64,000 nucleotides of DNA, from the NCBI GenBank assembly GCA_015055905.1, contig SVHI01000004.1:13405-77404 (forward strand), in the 5' to 3' direction. The notes under the pieces were generated by a model. It was not told the DNA's origin. It saw nothing but the letters and a program-made list of their open reading frames with translations, and searched no databases. This stretch comes from Clostridiales bacterium (GTDB taxonomy: Bacteria; Bacillota; Clostridia; Christensenellales; UBA1242). Made by a program: the position numbers and the translations under genes. Shown here piece after piece: positions 17,547 through 27,425 of the stretch (position 1 is the first letter of the stretch; each line of letters begins with the position of its first letter).

Positions 17547-19386
17547 TTCAAAGTATTTTTACAGCAAAGAAGAAGACAAAGTCATTGTAGATTTTGTCAC
17601 AAATGATTTTAAACAAAAACAAGAAGAGCGACGCCCTTATGAACTGATTTGGGAACTTAATATGAATTTTTATGTAGGAAATCAATATAGCTACATAATG
17701 CCAAGCGGGAATCTTTCTGAAATTGAAAAAAACTACATATGGGAAAACCGCGAAGTTTATAACCACATTGCACCAATAATTGAATCCAGACTTTCAAAAC
17801 TCAATAAAGTAAAGCCACAAGTAGAAGTTAAACCATCAAGCAATACCGACGCCGACACCTACAGCGCAAAACTTGCAAAAGCAATCTTATCCTCAAATTT
17901 CAAGGAAAATAATATTTCGTCACTAGTAAACACAGCAACACACTGGAGCGAAATCACCGGAACTAGTTTTTATAAAGTTTCTTGGGACACAAATCAACTT
18001 TCAACAAACGAGGTCGCATCAAAAAATGGCGGCGATGTAAAAATTTCAGTTTGCTCACCATTTGAAATTTATCCCGATTCAAATTTTTCCGAATCACTTG
18101 AAGATTGTTCTTCAATCATTGAAACAAGAGCATATCCAGCAGCAGAAATTAACAGCGTGTGGGGAGTAAACCTTGCAGGTGAAGATGTCGACTTGTTTGA
18201 ACTATCAAACAGCACATCAAACTCAAACTTTTCTGGCAGAAGCAACTATACAAAAGTTCTTCATTCAAAAAAACACGATTATCTTTTGTTAATTGAGCGT
18301 TATGAAAAACCAACCAAAAGACACCCAAACGGAAAACTCACAATCGTTTGCAAAGACAAACTTCTTTATGATGGAGACCTTCCATACGTCAATTCAAAAA
18401 GCAATGTTAGAACTTATCCATTCATAAAACAGGTCTCAATCAAACAACTTTCTTGTTTCTGGGGAATGAGCGTTATTGAAAGATGCATTCCTCTTCAAAG
18501 AGCATATAACTCATTAAAAAACAGAAAACACGAGTTTTTAAGCAGACTTACATCTGGCGTTTTAACAGTAGAAGATGGCTCTGTTGATATTGACAACTTG
18601 GAAATTAACGGAATTGAACCTGGTAAAATTATAGTTTATAGGAACGGCTCAACACCTCCAAAATTTTTAGACCCTGGAACAATCCCTGAAGATTTTGAAA
18701 AAGAAGAAACAAAACTTCTAAACGAATTAAACAACTTGTCGTGTATTAGTGAAATTTCAACAAACACAACTCTTCCTGCAGGCATTAACAGCGGAACAGC
18801 AATTTCACTCTTGGTTGAAGAAGACGAAAGCAGATTATCATTTACAGCCGAACATCTTAGAACTTCGTTAACACAAATCGCTAAACAAGCGTTATATCTC
18901 TACAAACAATTTGCTAGCACTATAAGACTCAATAAACTTGCTGACAACAATGGAATGCTTGAATTGTTCTATTGGACAAACAATGACATTTCCTGCGACA
19001 ACATCACTATAGATTGTGAGAACGAACTCGACAATACAAATTCTCATAAAAAAGAACTCCTTATCAAGCTACTAGAAAAAGGAATCTTTCAAGACAAAAA
19101 CGGAACCATATCACACGACACAAAAGAGAAAATATTGTCTGAACTTGGTTTTAATAATTGGTGCACTTTTGATGACCTTGAAGAACTTCATAGAAAAAAA
19201 GCCTCAAAAGAAAACTTGACACTAACAAACCTTGAGGACCCACTTGAAATTGACGAACATCAAATACATATTAATGAACACACAAAATTCATTATTGCAG
19301 ACAACGAAAATACCGATAAGGAATATTTAGACAAATTAATCTGTCATATAAACAAACACAAACAATATCTAAAAGAGGATAAATAA
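17536..19386 (+). CDS. Putative phage portal protein
   Basis: Located between terminase and scaffold/capsid; about 616 aa from ATG 17536 (the track starts at an upstream GTG, 17482). Acidic C-terminal region. The assignment rests on position and size, not on a diagnostic motif. Confidence 0.6.
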   Translation: MKSNSKYFYSKEEDKVIVDFVTNDFKQKQEERRPYELIWELNMNFYVGNQYSYIMPSGNLSEIEKNYIWENREVYNHIAPIIESRLSKLNKVKPQVEVKPSSNTDADTYSAKLAKAILSSNFKENNISSLVNTATHWSEITGTSFYKVSWDTNQLSTNEVASKNGGDVKISVCSPFEIYPDSNFSESLEDCSSIIETRAYPAAEINSVWGVNLAGEDVDLFELSNSTSNSNFSGRSNYTKVLHSKKHDYLLLIERYEKPTKRHPNGKLTIVCKDKLLYDGDLPYVNSKSNVRTYPFIKQVSIKQLSCFWGMSVIERCIPLQRAYNSLKNRKHEFLSRLTSGVLTVEDGSVDIDNLEINGIEPGKIIVYRNGSTPPKFLDPGTIPEDFEKEETKLLNELNNLSCISEISTNTTLPAGINSGTAISLLVEEDESRLSFTAEHLRTSLTQIAKQALYLYKQFASTIRLNKLADNNGMLELFYWTNNDISCDNITIDCENELDNTNSHKKELLIKLLEKGIFQDKNGTISHDTKEKILSELGFNNWCTFDDLEELHRKKASKENLTLTNLEDPLEIDEHQIHINEHTKFIIADNENTDKEYLDKLICHINKHKQYLKEDK

Positions 19387-19387
19387 T

Positions 19388-19966
19388 ATGGAAAATGAAA
19401 ACTTAGAACAACTCGAAGCTGAACCTGAACTAGTTTCAGAAAACAGCGAGAACTCTAATTTTGGCAAGTTTAAAGATGCAAAATCATTACTTGAGGCATA
19501 CAATAACCTTCAAGCTGAATTCACTAGAAAAAGCCAAAGATTAGCTGAATTTCAAAAGAATTTAAATGAAACTGCGTTTTCTTCTAACAATGATTCACTT
19601 GAAAATATTTTAAATGATTCAACTGATTTGGATAAATATAAAAAGGAAATCGCGGAGATTTTGGAGCAAAACAATGATATTTCAAATCTGCCAAATAAAA
19701 ATCTTGTTGCATTTAAAATTATTAAAGAAGCCGAACGTAAAACTGCAGAAACTTTAAACAACCAAGACTATGTGAATAAATATATCGAGTCAAATAAAGA
19801 GCTTAAAGAAAAAATCATCGAAGAATATTTATCCACACTAAACAATGTTCAAACCGCTCCAAAAGTTATATCTGGAAACTCTTCGAATATTTATTTTTCA
19901 CCAAGTATTTCCACACCAAAAACTTTAAAGGAAGCAGGGGACATCTTTTCAAAAATGTTAAAATAA
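19388..19966 (+). CDS. Putative capsid scaffolding protein
   Basis: 192 aa, acidic and helical, lying directly upstream of the capsid gene. The N-terminal FGKFKDAKSLLEAYNNLQAEFTRKSQRL resembles scaffold proteins of Firmicute phages. Confidence 0.6.
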   Translation: MENENLEQLEAEPELVSENSENSNFGKFKDAKSLLEAYNNLQAEFTRKSQRLAEFQKNLNETAFSSNNDSLENILNDSTDLDKYKKEIAEILEQNNDISNLPNKNLVAFKIIKEAERKTAETLNNQDYVNKYIESNKELKEKIIEEYLSTLNNVQTAPKVISGNSSNIYFSPSISTPKTLKEAGDIFSKMLK

Positions 19967-19975
19967 GGAGAATTA

Positions 19976-21160
19976 ATGGTATCACTATCAACTGCCGATA
20001 ACGCACTCAAGGAAGTATACCTTGGTGTATTATCAAATCAACTTAACACAAACATCAACCCACTTCTTGCAAGAATCAACCAAACAACAGCAGATGTGTG
20101 GGGAAAAGAAATTAGAAAGGTTGCACCATTTGGAATTAATGGTGGCATTGGTGCAGGAACCGAAACAGGTGAACTCCCTGTATCAGCAGAAAATAACTAT
20201 GAACAATTTGTTCTTTCACTTAAAAACCTTTATGGCAAACTTGAGATTTCTGACAAAGCAATCCGTGCATCTGAAAACTCTTCAGGCGCATTCGTAAACT
20301 TGCTCACAAACGAAATGGACGGACTTTTAAAAGCAAGCATTTTCAACTTTGGAAGAATGTTGTATGGCGACGGCTCAGGCTTCCTCGCTGACATCACAGA
20401 GAACGATGAAACTAGCCTCATGGTTGATTCAACTAAAAACTTAATTGAAGGAATGGTTGTTGATATTGTTTCTGGTTCAGGCAACCCAATCAAACAAAAC
20501 CTTAGAATCAAAACCATCGACAAAACAACAGGCACTGTAACTTTCTTTGCAGCAGCATTTACAGCAAGCGCTTATGATAGCCTTGGTTACAAACTTTGTG
20601 TTCAAGGTTCTTATAACAACGAAATCACCGGTCTTGGAGCAATCTTCAAAACAACAGGCTCACTTTATGGTCTTGACAAAGCTGCATATAACTGGTTAGT
20701 TCCATATACAAAAGACATTTCTAAAGATGGTGCAACTTCAGACATCACCGACATTGTTATTCAAACAGCAATCGACAATATGGAAGAAGATGCTGATAGC
20801 AAGGTTGACTTTATTGTTTGCTCATCAGGCGTAAAGAGAAACTATCAAAGCTATTTGGCATCATATAGAACAAACGTAAACATCCTTGAATTGGAAGGTG
20901 GATATAAGGCTATTTCATACAATGGAATTCCATTAGTATCTGACAGATTCGCACCAGCTAACACTATGTATTTATTAAACACAAACGAGTTTAATTTGCA
21001 TCAACTTTGCGATTGGAAATGGCTTGAAGGCGAAGATGGCAGGGTAATCAAACAAACACCTGGAAAACCAACATATCAAGCAACACTTGTAAAATATGCA
21101 GACATCATTTGCAACAAACCTAAAGGTCAAGCAAAGATTTCAGGCATCACAGAATCATAA
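19976..21160 (+). CDS. Phage major capsid protein (HK97-fold type inferred)
   Basis: 394 aa with an AAGGAG RBS, located after the scaffold gene. Its Gly/Ala/Thr-rich composition differs from neighbours, with capsid-family-like strings (FVNLLTNEMDGLLKASIFNFGRMLYGDGSG, NTMYLLNTNEF). A strong hairpin follows. Confidence 0.75.
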   Translation: MVSLSTADNALKEVYLGVLSNQLNTNINPLLARINQTTADVWGKEIRKVAPFGINGGIGAGTETGELPVSAENNYEQFVLSLKNLYGKLEISDKAIRASENSSGAFVNLLTNEMDGLLKASIFNFGRMLYGDGSGFLADITENDETSLMVDSTKNLIEGMVVDIVSGSGNPIKQNLRIKTIDKTTGTVTFFAAAFTASAYDSLGYKLCVQGSYNNEITGLGAIFKTTGSLYGLDKAAYNWLVPYTKDISKDGATSDITDIVIQTAIDNMEEDADSKVDFIVCSSGVKRNYQSYLASYRTNVNILELEGGYKAISYNGIPLVSDRFAPANTMYLLNTNEFNLHQLCDWKWLEGEDGRVIKQTPGKPTYQATLVKYADIICNKPKGQAKISGITES

Positions 21161-21165
21161 TATAA

Positions 21166-21191
21166 ATCCACACTTATTTTTAAGTGTGGAT
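21166..21191 (+). terminator. Hairpin after the capsid gene (partial terminator or mRNA stabiliser)
   Basis: ATCCACACTTA-tttt-TAAGTGTGGAT forms a perfect 11-bp stem. It is followed by AATATTTTA rather than a clean T-run. Confidence 0.5.
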
Positions 21192-21211
21192 AATATTTTA
21201 TTGGAGCATTT

Positions 21212-21562
21212 ATGAAACTAAATCGTAATGTTTATAAAGAATATAAAGATATGTTTAATATTTATCAAATAATAACTAAAATTAATAAAGGATATAGACT
21301 ATATTTCAATCTAAACAATAAAAAGTTTTATATTCTAAACACAACCAGAAATAATGAAATTTGTTTAATGTTTGATAACTTTTCTAAAAATATTTTGACA
21401 GATTTGCAGTTTTCTAAAATTGAAAACCTAAATCAAAATTTAAAATTTATTGATGAATTCAACGAAAAATTATATGAGAAAAATATCAAAAATTTAAAAC
21501 AAATTTCAACAGATAGAATTATAGAAACACATCACAATATTATCCGCTCCAAAATAATTTAA
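21212..21562 (+). CDS. Hypothetical protein (116 aa), Asn/Lys/Ile-rich
   Basis: ORF with a TTGGAG RBS; first gene of the AT-rich block. No recognisable motif. Confidence 0.5.
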   Translation: MKLNRNVYKEYKDMFNIYQIITKINKGYRLYFNLNNKKFYILNTTRNNEICLMFDNFSKNILTDLQFSKIENLNQNLKFIDEFNEKLYEKNIKNLKQISTDRIIETHHNIIRSKII

Positions 21563-21581
21563 GACTATAAAGAGAGGCAAA

Positions 21582-22145
21582 ATGCTAAAAGATATTTTAA
21601 TAAAATCAGCCGAACTTTTAAACAGAGATGATATTATAAATGAGTTATTAAATCAAAACAATATTCACAATTCATCTTTACAAAACGACATACTTAGATT
21701 GATTAGTTATTATAATTACACAATCAAAAATTTATGTCAAAATTATTTTCCTATTGAAGCAGCTGATAAGATTTCTTCAGACAAAAATAGGAAGATATAC
21801 TATACATCTTTTTCATTCGAACCACTAAAGATTTTATCAGTAACTTCAAACGAAAAATTTCATTTTTATCAAGAGTCAACAACACACATTTTAGTGCCAT
21901 CACCAAATAAAATTTATGAAGTAAAATACACATATCTTCCAGAGCAAATTACTGACCTAAACTCCAAAGAAAAACTCCCTAGAAATATTAATGAAAAAAT
22001 TATCATATATGGAATTATTAGTGAATTTTTAGCAAGCAAAAATATGCTTGAGGAATCGAAGTTTTGGAATAATAAATTTATGTTGGAAATATATAAATCA
22101 AGGGTCAATTCTAACAAAAGACTAAAGGCAACATTTAAGTTATGA
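21582..22145 (+). CDS. Hypothetical protein (187 aa), possibly a head-tail connector by position
   Basis: AGAGAGG RBS. Its stop overlaps the next start (ATGA). The call is positional only. Confidence 0.45.
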   Translation: MLKDILIKSAELLNRDDIINELLNQNNIHNSSLQNDILRLISYYNYTIKNLCQNYFPIEAADKISSDKNRKIYYTSFSFEPLKILSVTSNEKFHFYQESTTHILVPSPNKIYEVKYTYLPEQITDLNSKEKLPRNINEKIIIYGIISEFLASKNMLEESKFWNNKFMLEIYKSRVNSNKRLKATFKL

Positions 22146-23491
22146 GCAAAGAAAAATTTTATCTATTTTCTAAGTTTTCAAATGATGAATCAAAGCTAGC
22201 AAATGAACTAAAAATTATTGACTCAAAAAACATAAAATTTGATAGTAATGGTGTGTCATCTTGGAGCAAGTTTATAGATGTTTTTGACTACTTATTTTCA
22301 AACGAAAAATCTCTTGAAATAAAAGATTTAAACATAGACATTATTAACAAAACAACAAAAATAATTCCTTATGAATATTTTGATGACGAAAATAAAAAAT
22401 TCAATTTTAGATTGTTTTTAATTACATCTAATTTTGAATTATTTGAGTTAAATTTTGATTCAAATTTATTTGAAAACAAACACGAATTTCTCAATGAAAA
22501 TATTAACATTTTTCAATGTGAAAATGAGTTGTATTTTTTGTCACAAAATGGCGATTATTTGCTTGTGGAAAACAGCGATGAAATAGTAACTTCTTGTATG
22601 CCAAATATTAGCAAATTTTGTTACTCAAATGATAGGCTATTTTTTGTCACTTTTAGTGAACCATTTAAGGTGTATAACGCGGAAAAAACTAGCCTAAAAA
22701 ATTTGTCTATTGATTTAACAAAATATGATTATTTTGAGATGAAATATGAGTCAGGAAATATCATCTCAATAGACTATATTTTGAATAAAATTTTCATCAC
22801 TTGTTCATACGAAATTTTGCGACTAAATTTAGAAGAAAACAACATTAGTTTAGTTCAAAAATTATCAACAATTATTTTAAAGAATAGCGTTAAAGTTTTT
22901 AACGACAATCTAATATTTTCAACAAAAAATCATTTGTATCTTTTTGACGGAAACTCAATAAAGCAATTAGGGCAGTTTAAATATAGCATTAATAAAAATA
23001 ACGCAATTTTTATTCTTTTTAATGAGAAATACTATATTTTTACGCGTGATAATGCAAGTTTTATAATTGAATTTGATTTAATTGATTTTAGACAAAATTT
23101 AATTTCAGTTAACAACATTGAATCTGTTTATGATTTTAAATCATTATCATTTTATAACTTAATATTCTGTCTATTCGTTGGTGATTTAAATTATCAAAAT
23201 ATAACTTTATGCGAAGATGGAACCATTGAAAACGAAACACAAATTTTATTTGAAAATTTGTCTTTTGATTCTTTATTCTTAAAAGCAATAAACAGACTAA
23301 AAATAGATGCTATTGGTGGTTATGATTTTATAATAAAAACCGAGAGGGAGTCATACTCTTTTTCTGGAATGAATTCAACTCTTTTAGAGAACATAAATAT
23401 ATGTGGAACACACTTTAGTTTTGAGATAAAATCTAGCACTAATTTTTTGCTTAAATCTATAGGTTGTAACGTCTCATTTTTGGAGGGATAA
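22142..23491 (+). CDS. Hypothetical structural-like protein (449 aa) with recurrent beta-strand strings
   Basis: Translationally coupled on both sides. Repeated strings include LYFLSQNGDYLLVEN, RLFFVTFSEPFKVYN, KIFITCSYEILRLN, NLIFSTKNHLYLFDGN and KYYIFTRDNASFIIEFD. Confidence 0.5.
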   Translation: MSKEKFYLFSKFSNDESKLANELKIIDSKNIKFDSNGVSSWSKFIDVFDYLFSNEKSLEIKDLNIDIINKTTKIIPYEYFDDENKKFNFRLFLITSNFELFELNFDSNLFENKHEFLNENINIFQCENELYFLSQNGDYLLVENSDEIVTSCMPNISKFCYSNDRLFFVTFSEPFKVYNAEKTSLKNLSIDLTKYDYFEMKYESGNIISIDYILNKIFITCSYEILRLNLEENNISLVQKLSTIILKNSVKVFNDNLIFSTKNHLYLFDGNSIKQLGQFKYSINKNNAIFILFNEKYYIFTRDNASFIIEFDLIDFRQNLISVNNIESVYDFKSLSFYNLIFCLFVGDLNYQNITLCEDGTIENETQILFENLSFDSLFLKAINRLKIDAIGGYDFIIKTERESYSFSGMNSTLLENINICGTHFSFEIKSSTNFLLKSIGCNVSFLEG

Positions 23492-23492
23492 A

Positions 23493-24515
23493 ATGACTCC
23501 ATCTTTTAATGATTTATATAAAAAAACAATAGAACTTGAGGAGCGTTTAGACAAGCTAAATAAAACAATTTCTAATAATGAAATTGATACAAAATTTTCG
23601 TTATTTAATAATAACTGTATTAACGCAACAGTAATTACACAAAAAACAATCTCGCTTGCAAAATTTGATAACAATAAATCGCAAATGTATTATAGCGTAT
23701 TAGTTAATTTTTATGTTGGCTCAAAACAAGAAATTGAATTTTATTTAGTGACAAATAATAGTAGAATTGGACACCTATTACAAACATTTGAAGTAGGTAA
23801 TCATACGGTAACAATTAGTGGTGTTTATGAGGATAAAACTAGTGAAAAAATTCAAGCCAAAATTCTTGTAAATCCAAAAGAAGATAAGGCTGTTTTAATT
23901 GGTTCATCAACACTAACTATTTGGGGAAATCTTACAATAAAAAATGACAACGAATTTAATGCAATAGAAACAAATTCAAATTACATTTTAACATATTGTT
24001 CAAACCAAAGATTGTATTTAAAAAAAATAAACAAATCAAATATCGACTCTCAAGAAGAGAGTGATTTTGAGTTTGTTTTACCAGCAAAATCACACGCTCT
24101 TTGCTACGACAAAAACAATGACATTTGTTATCTTTTAAGGATTGATAATAATGATAATTTATTCTTTTCAAATACTATAGATTTTAATGAAAAATTTGTT
24201 GCAAACAATGTTAGTAAATGTTCTGCAATTTTTAATAACTCACTAATTATTTCTTTTATAAAATCTGGACAATGTTATTACTCTCAATTTGAAAATAACA
24301 ATTTAATTTCAATAAAAAAAGTTAACCAACTTAGTGGGGAATTTAAAGAATGCAATTTATTTTTTGATAATGCAAAAAATAAAACTTATCTCGTTTTAAC
24401 AAAGTTAGATGAATCAAATTATTTGTTTGAAAGTGTTGAAAAAGTTTCTTCAAATGGTGAGTCTATTAATGCAACAATTTCAATTTCTATTACCACCTAT
24501 GAGGAGCAATTATGA
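23493..24515 (+). CDS. Hypothetical structural-like protein (340 aa) with an N-terminal coiled-coil string followed by a beta-rich region
   Basis: DLYKKTIELEERLDKLNKTIS is followed by beta-like segments (ICYLLRIDNNDNLFFSN, KTYLVLTKLDESNYLFE). Its stop overlaps the next start (ATGA). Confidence 0.5.
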   Translation: MTPSFNDLYKKTIELEERLDKLNKTISNNEIDTKFSLFNNNCINATVITQKTISLAKFDNNKSQMYYSVLVNFYVGSKQEIEFYLVTNNSRIGHLLQTFEVGNHTVTISGVYEDKTSEKIQAKILVNPKEDKAVLIGSSTLTIWGNLTIKNDNEFNAIETNSNYILTYCSNQRLYLKKINKSNIDSQEESDFEFVLPAKSHALCYDKNNDICYLLRIDNNDNLFFSNTIDFNEKFVANNVSKCSAIFNNSLIISFIKSGQCYYSQFENNNLISIKKVNQLSGEFKECNLFFDNAKNKTYLVLTKLDESNYLFESVEKVSSNGESINATISISITTYEEQL

Positions 24516-26500
24516 AGTTTAAATTACACAACAAACTTGTCATAAAATCAAACAAAAATGAAATGACTTTTTTTAATAAAATGTTTACTACAGTTTTTGA
24601 TGCGTTATCAAATTTGAAACCATACAACAAATTTTTGGTTTTAGGGAACGGCATAAATGATAATCAAGAAATTACTCGCAATATTGTTAACCCTATTTAC
24701 TTTACTGAATATGAAAATATTTCATATCAAACAGACATAGAAAACAGTCCTTTATATGCAAAACTTGAATATAAAATTGATACTCGAAAAATCTCTTGCG
24801 ATTACATAAGCGAACTAGGTTTATACAATGGAGATAAAGACAATCTTATAGCTTATAATTACTTTTATTTGATTGATGAAAATAACCCAAACGGTCTTTA
24901 TATTAAAGAATCAAATGAACTAGTTTTTGAAATTTATATTTACTTAACTTTAACCGAAACTCAAAACAATATTTTAACTTCAGGAAACAATGAGTTAATT
25001 AAGTTTTTACTTGGAAATGGGCTTGGAGACGTTTATGCTTGCCGCGGTTCAAATTATTCAACAAATAGAATTAAACGAGAACTGCCAAGCACAAATGAAA
25101 AATATTTATGCAAGACAACCTTTGAAATTATAGATAACAACATTAATTTAACTTTTAGTGTAGATATCAAATCTGGTGAATGTAACGAAATTTTATTTTT
25201 AACACAAGACTCAGTATTTGCAAGAATGAATATAAAAGAAATAAAAGAACCAAGTATAATCACTCAAACAATATCACCGAAAGTTCATTATGTGATTGAT
25301 TTAAACTATGACATAAAATCAGTGAACTCTGTTAAAAATCTTACAACTTTGGAAAATGAAATGGACATTTATATTTTGAACTATGCTAATAGTTTCGGTG
25401 ATAAAATTTCGACTGGTTTCAATAATCTATTTAATAATGAAACACCTAGATTTTTATCTAAAGACGGAAACAAAATTTTCTTTGTGATAGATGATGTTGT
25501 TTATGGCTATTTTAATAAAGACTTTTCAATACATAAAATATCAACAAATAACATCAAATTTGAATATGTAACTAAAATTATTTCATTTGAAGATAACGTG
25601 TTTATAATTACTAAAATCCAGCCATATATATTCTCATTTAAAATTATTAACAATGCCGCAGTTCAAGTTAAAAACAATTTTAATTCACTTGGACATTTGG
25701 ATAAAGTTCTCACAAATAGAGCAATAGACATAACTCTTACAAAAAACAATTTGTTTATGCTGAGTTTAATTGCAGATGATGGCAATGGATACACAACTTA
25801 CTTTTCTCACGACACATTAAATGGTTTTGTTTGTAAAAGCACTCTAACCAGCAATTATAATTTTTCATACTTGGTTTCAATGTATAAAAATAATTTTTGT
25901 GACGGACAGTCAATATTCTTACAAGAAGGCGAAACCTCAACTGATTGCAGAATTGTCACACACAATGCAGATGAAACAATCACAAATGTTTATTCATCGC
26001 TTGGCTTTCATTATACAAACAACACAAAAACAATATCATCAAAAAGCAGAGCAGTTATTATTGAAAAAGACACTGCACCTTACTTATACATCTATTATTA
26101 TCCTCAAGTATTTGAGTATGAATTGCCACTGCTTTCAAGCGCAGTAAGCAACTATATTTCAACAAATCTAAATTATTTGATTCAAAAAAATAGTGATAAT
26201 GAATATCATATATACAATCTTATTGGCTACGATAACCCTGAAGAATTTATCGATGGGTTTCCAAGTCAAATAGATAAAAATGAAATCGTTGACTTTGAAT
26301 TTTTAGATGACACTTTACTAATTTTCCTAAGCAAAAAAGAAGAACCTATCGTTGCATATAACCTTAATCTTAACAAGACACAAATTGAAAATGTTAGTTC
26401 AAATGACGCGTCTTATGAGATTGAAATGACAAAATATAATAAACTTGGAATTAACGGAGAAGGGGTTATTTTAAACTTAAAAACGGAGATAACATTATGA
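24512..26500 (+). CDS. Putative tail-fibre-like protein (662 aa)
   Basis: The N-terminal ~150 aa parallel the N-terminal domain of phage P2 tail fibre gpH as I recall it. FLVLGNGINDN corresponds to MAVGDGGGK. ISELGLYNGDKDNLIAYNYF corresponds to RELGLYDDAGTLIAVANM. ELVFEIYIYLTL corresponds to CRMVIIVSSV. The rest of the protein is unassigned and beta-rich. Confidence 0.45.
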   Translation: MKFKLHNKLVIKSNKNEMTFFNKMFTTVFDALSNLKPYNKFLVLGNGINDNQEITRNIVNPIYFTEYENISYQTDIENSPLYAKLEYKIDTRKISCDYISELGLYNGDKDNLIAYNYFYLIDENNPNGLYIKESNELVFEIYIYLTLTETQNNILTSGNNELIKFLLGNGLGDVYACRGSNYSTNRIKRELPSTNEKYLCKTTFEIIDNNINLTFSVDIKSGECNEILFLTQDSVFARMNIKEIKEPSIITQTISPKVHYVIDLNYDIKSVNSVKNLTTLENEMDIYILNYANSFGDKISTGFNNLFNNETPRFLSKDGNKIFFVIDDVVYGYFNKDFSIHKISTNNIKFEYVTKIISFEDNVFIITKIQPYIFSFKIINNAAVQVKNNFNSLGHLDKVLTNRAIDITLTKNNLFMLSLIADDGNGYTTYFSHDTLNGFVCKSTLTSNYNFSYLVSMYKNNFCDGQSIFLQEGETSTDCRIVTHNADETITNVYSSLGFHYTNNTKTISSKSRAVIIEKDTAPYLYIYYYPQVFEYELPLLSSAVSNYISTNLNYLIQKNSDNEYHIYNLIGYDNPEEFIDGFPSQIDKNEIVDFEFLDDTLLIFLSKKEEPIVAYNLNLNKTQIENVSSNDASYEIEMTKYNKLGINGEGVILNLKTEITL

Positions 26501-26751
26501 CATTTTCAAATAAAATTTTTAAACTTGAAAAGGGAAAAAATGTATTTTTATTTCCACAAACTGACGGTTCCATTGAGTTGTATTTATTTGATAAATCATT
26601 GAATTTTTATAGTTTTTCAACAGAATTTAAACCAAATTGCATTTTTTTAAATAAATTTAACTTACATAAAATAATTAAACTTAATAGCAATCATTCTTGT
26701 GTTTGCTATGGTGAAGAAATGACTATTGTTAAAAATGAAGAAATTGTATAG
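26497..26751 (+). CDS. Hypothetical protein (84 aa)
   Basis: Its start overlaps the upstream stop (ATGA). No motif recognised. Confidence 0.4.
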   Translation: MTFSNKIFKLEKGKNVFLFPQTDGSIELYLFDKSLNFYSFSTEFKPNCIFLNKFNLHKIIKLNSNHSCVCYGEEMTIVKNEEIV

Positions 26752-26807
26752 TAATAAAAATATAACATTAATTATAAAATTATTCTTGAATTTAAAAAGG
26801 AGGAATA

Positions 26808-27425
26808 ATGAACTTAAGAGAAAAAATTAAATCTTATAGTTTTTGGGTAAGTTTAGCCAGCGCGGTAATTCTTATTTTAAAAGTTCTTGGTTCTAGATTT
26901 GGCTTTCAAGTTGATGAAACAATGATTAGTGATTTATTCACTGCATTATGTAGCATTTTAGTTTTGCTTGGAATTATTGTTGTTCCTCAACAAAAACAAA
27001 CAATTAATTTTTCACAAGAAAACAAACTTATTCAAGAAATTTCTTGCAATGAATCTACAGTGCAAACTGAATCGACTGAAGAGGTGAATGAAGTTGAAAC
27101 TCAACCCGTTGAAGAGGTGTTAAATATAGACACTGTTGAAGTCATTGATTGTCAAGAACCCGTTGTTCAAAACGAAATAGAAATCGAAGATACTGCAGTC
27201 TGTGCTGAACCTAATTTAGTGGAAGCAAGTCAAACTGAATCTATCCAAACTGAAAATCAATTACAAAATGATTTAAACTCATTCATAACAGAACCGATTT
27301 TAAGTGATGAAAGTTTAAAAGATTATTTATCGATTGAGAAAAGCAAATATGCTGACAATATTGATGAATTTGTTAAACTTTTACAAAATGAAATTGATTC
27401 AATAAAACCACAAAAAGAGGCATAA
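26808..27425 (+). CDS. Holin-like two-TM protein with a long acidic C-terminal tail
   Basis: AAGGAGG RBS. The N-terminus LREKIKSYSFWVSLASAVILILKVLG...LFTALCSILVLLGIIVVP resembles phi-LC3/Phage_holin_1-type holins. About 140 aa of Glu/Gln/Val/Thr-rich tail follows. It is the last gene before a terminator. Confidence 0.5.
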   Translation: MNLREKIKSYSFWVSLASAVILILKVLGSRFGFQVDETMISDLFTALCSILVLLGIIVVPQQKQTINFSQENKLIQEISCNESTVQTESTEEVNEVETQPVEEVLNIDTVEVIDCQEPVVQNEIEIEDTAVCAEPNLVEASQTESIQTENQLQNDLNSFITEPILSDESLKDYLSIEKSKYADNIDEFVKLLQNEIDSIKPQKEA

